Shown here: positions 59,747 to 64,000 of the stretch, one piece after another
How the letters are laid out: each line of letters begins with the position of its first letter
Numbering within the stretch: the stretch's first letter is position 1
NCBI GenBank assembly: GCA_030697645.1
Contig: JAUYPI010000006.1
Location: forward strand, 76,017-140,016
Reading direction: 5' to 3'
DNA: 64,000 nucleotides
From: a bacterium
GTDB taxonomy: Bacteria > Patescibacteriota > Minisyncoccia > Phycocordibacterales > VMGT01
Notes under the pieces: model-generated
What the model saw: the letters and a program-made list of their open reading frames with translations, nothing else
The model's database searches: none
Told to the model about the DNA's origin: nothing
Program-made: the position numbers and the translations under genes

Positions 59747-59872
59747 TTATTCGGCTTTCTGCTCATTCTGATTCCCGGGAAGAATATAGTCTTTCGCCTC
59801 GATGACGTGCACAGTCCTACACTCTGGGCATCGTACCCGTCTTCCTACTAACCCATGCTCTTCGATCTTCAT
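59747..59872 (-). CDS. Possible 41-aa CxxC microprotein
   Basis: MKIEEHGLVGRRVRCPECRTVHVI..; ATGA overlap with upstream gene and GAGGAG RBS. Confidence 0.4.
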   Translation of the reverse strand: MKIEEHGLVGRRVRCPECRTVHVIEAKDYILPGNQNEQKAE

Positions 59873-60132
59873 TGCTCTCTCCTCGTCGCCGGTTCGGCGG
59901 GCGATTCAGGGTAGAACCCTTCGACGCCGAATTGTTGGTCGAGTTTGTCTATGAGCGTGCCCACGTCCGTGCCGTCAGGCATGTTTGCAGTAATGTATCG
60001 CTTCATCTCCTCTGTGATACCTATACCACCAAACATCGGCGTCACGATTACCGTTGGTGCAACAGATTCAGCGTACTTCTGTACGTCATCAATCTTTTGC
60101 ACATTGCGGAACCAAATCACCATCCGTTCCAT
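59869..60132 (-). CDS. Hypothetical protein
   Basis: AGGGGG RBS before MERMVIWF. Confidence 0.55.
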   Translation of the reverse strand: MERMVIWFRNVQKIDDVQKYAESVAPTVIVTPMFGGIGITEEMKRYITANMPDGTDVGTLIDKLDQQFGVEGFYPESPAEPATRREQ

Positions 60133-60508
60133 TATCCCCCTTCTCCTCTCTTTCGCTAGTGACGCAGAAAATGTCCGATCGAACAAATCGTGCGTCAGTT
60201 TTCCGGGACAACCCTCATTTTTCTAGGGTCACGATAGCACACGGCGCCGACGCCGGCAACTTTTAGTGCGGTAACCGCTCACACCTTTTATTTTTGTGCA
60301 TTGCGAGAGGTGTTTAGGAAATGGCGAGCCGAGTAGAAAAATGCAGCTGTCTGAGGCCGACTAGCAAGGCGGCCGAGTTCTGCATTTTTCGTCAAGCGAG
60401 GCGACCCCATTTCGAAAAGACCGAAGCACGAGCACAAAAATAAAAGGTGTGAGTGGTTACTTAGTGCGAGTTGGTGCATGATTACATGCCTCGAGTTTCC
60501 ATCCATTA

Positions 60509-60542
60509 TTTGCAATAACAATGCGATCGCTTGCTTATTGCA
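60509..60542. repeat. 34-bp palindromic direct repeat, copy 1
   Basis: TTTGCAATAACAATGCGATCGCTTGCTTATTGCA; 33/34 identical to 62973-63006. Confidence 0.85.
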
Positions 60543-60544
60543 CA

Positions 60545-62074
60545 TCAAAACTCTTCAACGATTTTAAGCAAGAGGCGCACCGGGGACCCTGCGGCGCCTT
60601 TGGCGAGGTGGTCGCCCTTGGCGGAGGTCATGCGCGGCGCCATGTCTATGTGCACCCACGCCGGGTGGTTTTTGGCGAACTGGTAGAGGAACATGCCGCC
60701 GCCAATGACTCCAGCATGGCGGGTGTTGCCCTCGGCGGGAATGTTCGGGATGTCCCCGAACTCGCCCTTCACAATGTAGTCATACTCATCCCAGAGCGGC
60801 AGCGGCCAGACGTACTCCCCGCTCTCCTCGCCCCATTGCCTGATTTTGTTTGCGAGATTTTCATCGCGCGTCATAATGGCGCTCGCGACCTGCCCGAGCG
60901 CGATGAGCGATGCCCCGGTCAGTGTCGCGACGTCAACAACGAGCCGCGGCTTGTAGCGCTCGGCGTAGGTGAGCGCATCGGCGAGTATAATGCGGCCTTC
61001 GGCATCGGTATTCAGGACCTCGATCGTCTTCCCCGAGAGCGATTTCAGGATGTCCCCGGGTCGGTAGCTTGACCCCGAGGGCATATTCTCCACTGCGGGC
61101 GCAATAGCGATTACATTCTTTTTGAGCTTGAGCCGCGCGGCGAGCACGGTGGCATGAATGACCGCCGCCGCCCCAGACATGTCCATGTGCATCTCATAGA
61201 TGCTGTCTGTGGGCTTGAGGTTGAGCCCGCCGGAGTCGAAGGTAACCCCCTTGCCGCAAAGCACAATCGGCGGCTCGTCTTTCTCGCCCCCGCGATATTC
61301 GAGAACAATAAATTGCGGCTCCTCGCTCGAGCCCTTGGCGACGCCGAGCACCGCGCCCATCCCCTCGCGCTCCATCTCGCGACGTCCCAGCACTTCGACA
61401 AAAATTGGCAAGCCCGCTGCCGCCTCGCGCGCCTTTTCTGCGAGGTATTTCGGTGTCATCACACTCCCCGGCGTGTTCGCAAGATCACGGCACGCATTCA
61501 CTTCCTTCGCGACGGTCTGTGCGCGGCGGAGCGCTTTCTTAAAAGCCAGAGAATCGTCGCCGACGATCACTACCTCCGTGACCTGCTTAAAGCCGCCGCG
61601 CGGCGGCGTTTTGTGGACGTTGAATTCGTAATCTGCAAGCTCGAAATTCTCGACGACGAGCTCGAGCACCATCTCTTTCTCTTTTTCATCTTCTTTCATC
61701 TCACCACCCTTAATCTCACTACCTTGCACGGTTGATTTTCCATTGACACCAATTTTATGCGATCGCTCTAAATTGGTGCTCATTTGGTTGCCCTCGGTTG
61801 ATGCGCCTGATGCAGCCATAAGATTTGGGAAGAGAAACTCGTCGAGAAAAACCGCGATGCGCGGGAGCTTGTGCTCTTTCGCCGCAGTAATCAATTTTCG
61901 CGCTGCGACGCGGAGCTTGCGGAGCGTCATCTCCTCCCGCTTCCCTACCCCAACCGCGAGCTCAAGCCGCCAGCTTGCCTTTTCACAGAGCCGCGTGTCC
62001 TCGCCCTCGGTGAGCCGCACCGGCACAATCTCTTTCGGCAGCGTATTATCTGATGCCGTCAGTGAAATTTTCAT
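60545..62074 (-). CDS. pepA: Leucyl aminopeptidase (M17)
   Basis: GKGVTFDSGG, DMSGAA, NTDAEGR, ATLTGA, WVHID. Confidence 0.93.
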   Translation of the reverse strand: MKISLTASDNTLPKEIVPVRLTEGEDTRLCEKASWRLELAVGVGKREEMTLRKLRVAARKLITAAKEHKLPRIAVFLDEFLFPNLMAASGASTEGNQMSTNLERSHKIGVNGKSTVQGSEIKGGEMKEDEKEKEMVLELVVENFELADYEFNVHKTPPRGGFKQVTEVVIVGDDSLAFKKALRRAQTVAKEVNACRDLANTPGSVMTPKYLAEKAREAAAGLPIFVEVLGRREMEREGMGAVLGVAKGSSEEPQFIVLEYRGGEKDEPPIVLCGKGVTFDSGGLNLKPTDSIYEMHMDMSGAAAVIHATVLAARLKLKKNVIAIAPAVENMPSGSSYRPGDILKSLSGKTIEVLNTDAEGRIILADALTYAERYKPRLVVDVATLTGASLIALGQVASAIMTRDENLANKIRQWGEESGEYVWPLPLWDEYDYIVKGEFGDIPNIPAEGNTRHAGVIGGGMFLYQFAKNHPAWVHIDMAPRMTSAKGDHLAKGAAGSPVRLLLKIVEEF

Positions 62075-62233
62075 ACGTGCAGGAAGTATATATGGTCGTG
62101 TTTTCGTGAGCCACTTGACAAATCAAAATTATGCGTCGCTTGATAGTTTCAGTCTGATACTCTATACTACCCAACAGCAAAACGTTCCTGAAAATGTTCT
62201 TGAGTCTTACCCTTAACGATGGTAGGAGGCAGC

Positions 62234-62782
62234 ATGGCGGCAAGAAAAGAGCAGTTAGTTGCGGAAGCGGAAGCGTTTGCGCGCACGGTCCATGCCAATC
62301 AGGTCCGTCCGAACCGTGTCCGAGAACCCGTTACGTCGCATCTCAGAGAAGTTGCCGAGCTCGTACAACGATCCGGCGGCACTGACGAGGAAATTGCTGC
62401 GGCGTGGCTGCATGACAGTGTGGAGGACACACCAACAACCCTCGACGAGATCATCGTAGAATTCGGGATAGAGGTTGGAACTGCTGTGGGCGGCATGACC
62501 GATCCGCCAGAGTTTGAAGGATTTCCAACTCTTGAGCGTAAAACGCGCCAAGCAGAGCGTGTGCGCCACAAAAATCGAAGCATCAAGCGGGTAAAGATTG
62601 CAGACCAAACGTCGAACTTGCGTTCAGTCGCAGTCGACCCGCCGATCGCTTGGGGCAAACAGAAATGTCTCGACTACATCGAAGGCGCTCGGAGAATAGC
62701 CGTTGTGTGCTACGGCGTCAGCACGTATTTAGACTTTGAGTTTCTTAAGGCCTACCACCGTGCTCTGCAGGCACATTCATAA
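62234..62782 (+). CDS. HD-domain protein, small alarmone hydrolase (Mesh1-like)
   Basis: H.NQ.R..EP..SH..EVA, AAWLHDSVEDT, VKIADQTSNL. Confidence 0.85.
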   Translation: MAARKEQLVAEAEAFARTVHANQVRPNRVREPVTSHLREVAELVQRSGGTDEEIAAAWLHDSVEDTPTTLDEIIVEFGIEVGTAVGGMTDPPEFEGFPTLERKTRQAERVRHKNRSIKRVKIADQTSNLRSVAVDPPIAWGKQKCLDYIEGARRIAVVCYGVSTYLDFEFLKAYHRALQAHS

Positions 62783-62787
62783 ACAAA

Positions 62788-62816
62788 ACAGCAGCCCGAC
62801 CTACGGGCTGCTGTTC
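62788..62816 (+). terminator. Intrinsic terminator
   Basis: AACAGCAGCCCG-accta-CGGGCTGCTGTT. Confidence 0.7.
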
Positions 62817-62972
62817 CATTTCGCCTTTAAATAAGGAAGCCGCAAGACATCCGATATCTCCTCTCAGAGGGTGCGTGTAATAACATTACACTGAGCCATA
62901 CGACACCAAAGTGGTCAGGCGAACCTCCATCTTGAGGACATCGGATGTCAACGCTGGCAATTATGTGGCAAT

Positions 62973-63006
62973 TTTGCAATAACTATGCGATCGCTTGCTT
63001 ATTGCA
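62973..63006. repeat. 34-bp palindromic direct repeat, copy 2
   Basis: TTTGCAATAACTATGCGATCGCTTGCTTATTGCA. Confidence 0.85.
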
Positions 63007-63078
63007 AATTTTTTTATGGCGCATCGAGATAGACGTCTCGCAGCTGGAGCTTTCGTAAGGAGGTAGTGCCTTTGTCAA

Positions 63079-64000
63079 TCATGGTGACTTTTTGCTGACG
63101 ATTTCGAGGCCGAGCTCACGAAGCTGCTCGGGGGTAGCGGGCGACGGCGCGTCCATCACCGAAGTTTGGCCGCCGCGGGTTTGCGGGAATGCCTGCACTT
63201 CCCGAAGCTGTGTCTCGCCGGTGAGGTTCATGACGTTTCGCTCAACGCCGAGCGCAATCCCCCCGTGCGGCGGCGCGCCAGCGCGTAGCGCCGCGAGCAT
63301 GTGGCCGATGCTATCCTGCGTGCGCTCAGGGTCGTAGCCCATCACGCGATAAACCGCTTCGAGGATTTCGCTCTTGTGAGCGCGGATGCTGCCGCCGCCT
63401 GTCTCAAAGCCGTTGCAGACGAGGTCGTACTGGGTGGTAAGAATTTCGCCGATGCGCTCGCCTTGAAGTAGCCAATCAATATGCTCCGGAACCGGCATCG
63501 AGAACGGATTGTGCGTGAATGTCCAGCCGCCCGCCCCGTTAGAAGCATGGCTTCGAGCGAGGCCCGCCTCGGTGCGCTCGAAAAATGGAAACCGATGTAC
63601 CCATGCGTATGCGAGAACGCCCGATTGTTTTTCTTCCTCACTGCGGAGGTCGAATTTATCCGCGCCAAATTTCCCCATAGCCTCCTCGTATGTATAGCGC
63701 GGGAAGGGTTTCTCCTTGATCGTCTTCCCCATCCCCTCGACAACTGCACTGGTCATCTCCTCGACTGCCTGCATCACGTCTTCTTGGTCAACGAACGCCA
63801 TCTCGATGTCAATTTGTGTGTGCTCAAACCCGCGATCAGCGCGCAAGTCCTCGTCGCGCATGCAGCGCGCGATTTGGAAATATTTCTCAAACCCGCCGAT
63901 CATGAGGAGCTGCTTGTATTGCTGCGGCGACTGCGGGAGCGCATAGAACTCACCCGGCTGGAGGCGCGATGGCACGAGAAAATCGCGCGATCCTTCGGGC
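63079..64000 (-). CDS. aspS: Aspartate-tRNA ligase, 3' part (short form without GAD insert); runs off the window
   Basis: YALPQSPQQYKQLLM, FQIARC.RDED.RADR, HNPF, GAPPHGG.A.G.ER. Confidence 0.93.
   Translation of the reverse strand, partial: PEGSRDFLVPSRLQPGEFYALPQSPQQYKQLLMIGGFEKYFQIARCMRDEDLRADRGFEHTQIDIEMAFVDQEDVMQAVEEMTSAVVEGMGKTIKEKPFPRYTYEEAMGKFGADKFDLRSEEEKQSGVLAYAWVHRFPFFERTEAGLARSHASNGAGGWTFTHNPFSMPVPEHIDWLLQGERIGEILTTQYDLVCNGFETGGGSIRAHKSEILEAVYRVMGYDPERTQDSIGHMLAALRAGAPPHGGIALGVERNVMNLTGETQLREVQAFPQTRGGQTSVMDAPSPATPEQLRELGLEIVSKKSP

Noticed and set aside
62900-62935. Fluoride riboswitch (GATGGAGGTTCGCC on the minus strand)
   Set aside because: The pairing 5' GGCGA and downstream CTRATGAC elements are missing, and there is no suitable downstream gene

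Overview
About 64 kb of bacterial chromosome, very likely Patescibacteria/CPR (Parcubacteria-like). This is inferred from the split transketolase, short DnaX/AspS/RelA forms, CTxEAKLCPDG membrane proteins and frequent leaderless starts. Core genes (rpe, two tkt halves, msrBA, mscL, dnaX, rnhB, parB, scpA, rarA, dnaE, rel, topA, mraY-ftsW-murG, atpG, atpD, gltX, pepA, aspS, three canonical tRNAs) are interleaved with small accessory inserts. Main signals: (1) a tandem cassette array between the transketolase halves, each unit being a toxin-antitoxin-like pair plus a surface protein. Units are separated by orphan, synonymously diverged copies of the tktC 5' end behind a 100% identical 43-bp spacer, and the same orphan-5'-end pattern occurs at rpe. 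(2) About 15 heptamer-periodic palindromic elements of different sequence flavours at gene boundaries and in frame inside topA, many sharing a central CGTCGTG-like motif. (3) A separately promoted non-canonical tRNA with an Ala identity pair (G3-U70) but a UGG anticodon. (4) A SAM-I riboswitch upstream of a degenerate PduO-like gene. (5) An accessory RpoD-like sigma factor with two region-4 domains. No integrase, transposase, reverse transcriptase or CRISPR array was seen. All calls come from reading the sequence by eye; no searches were run.
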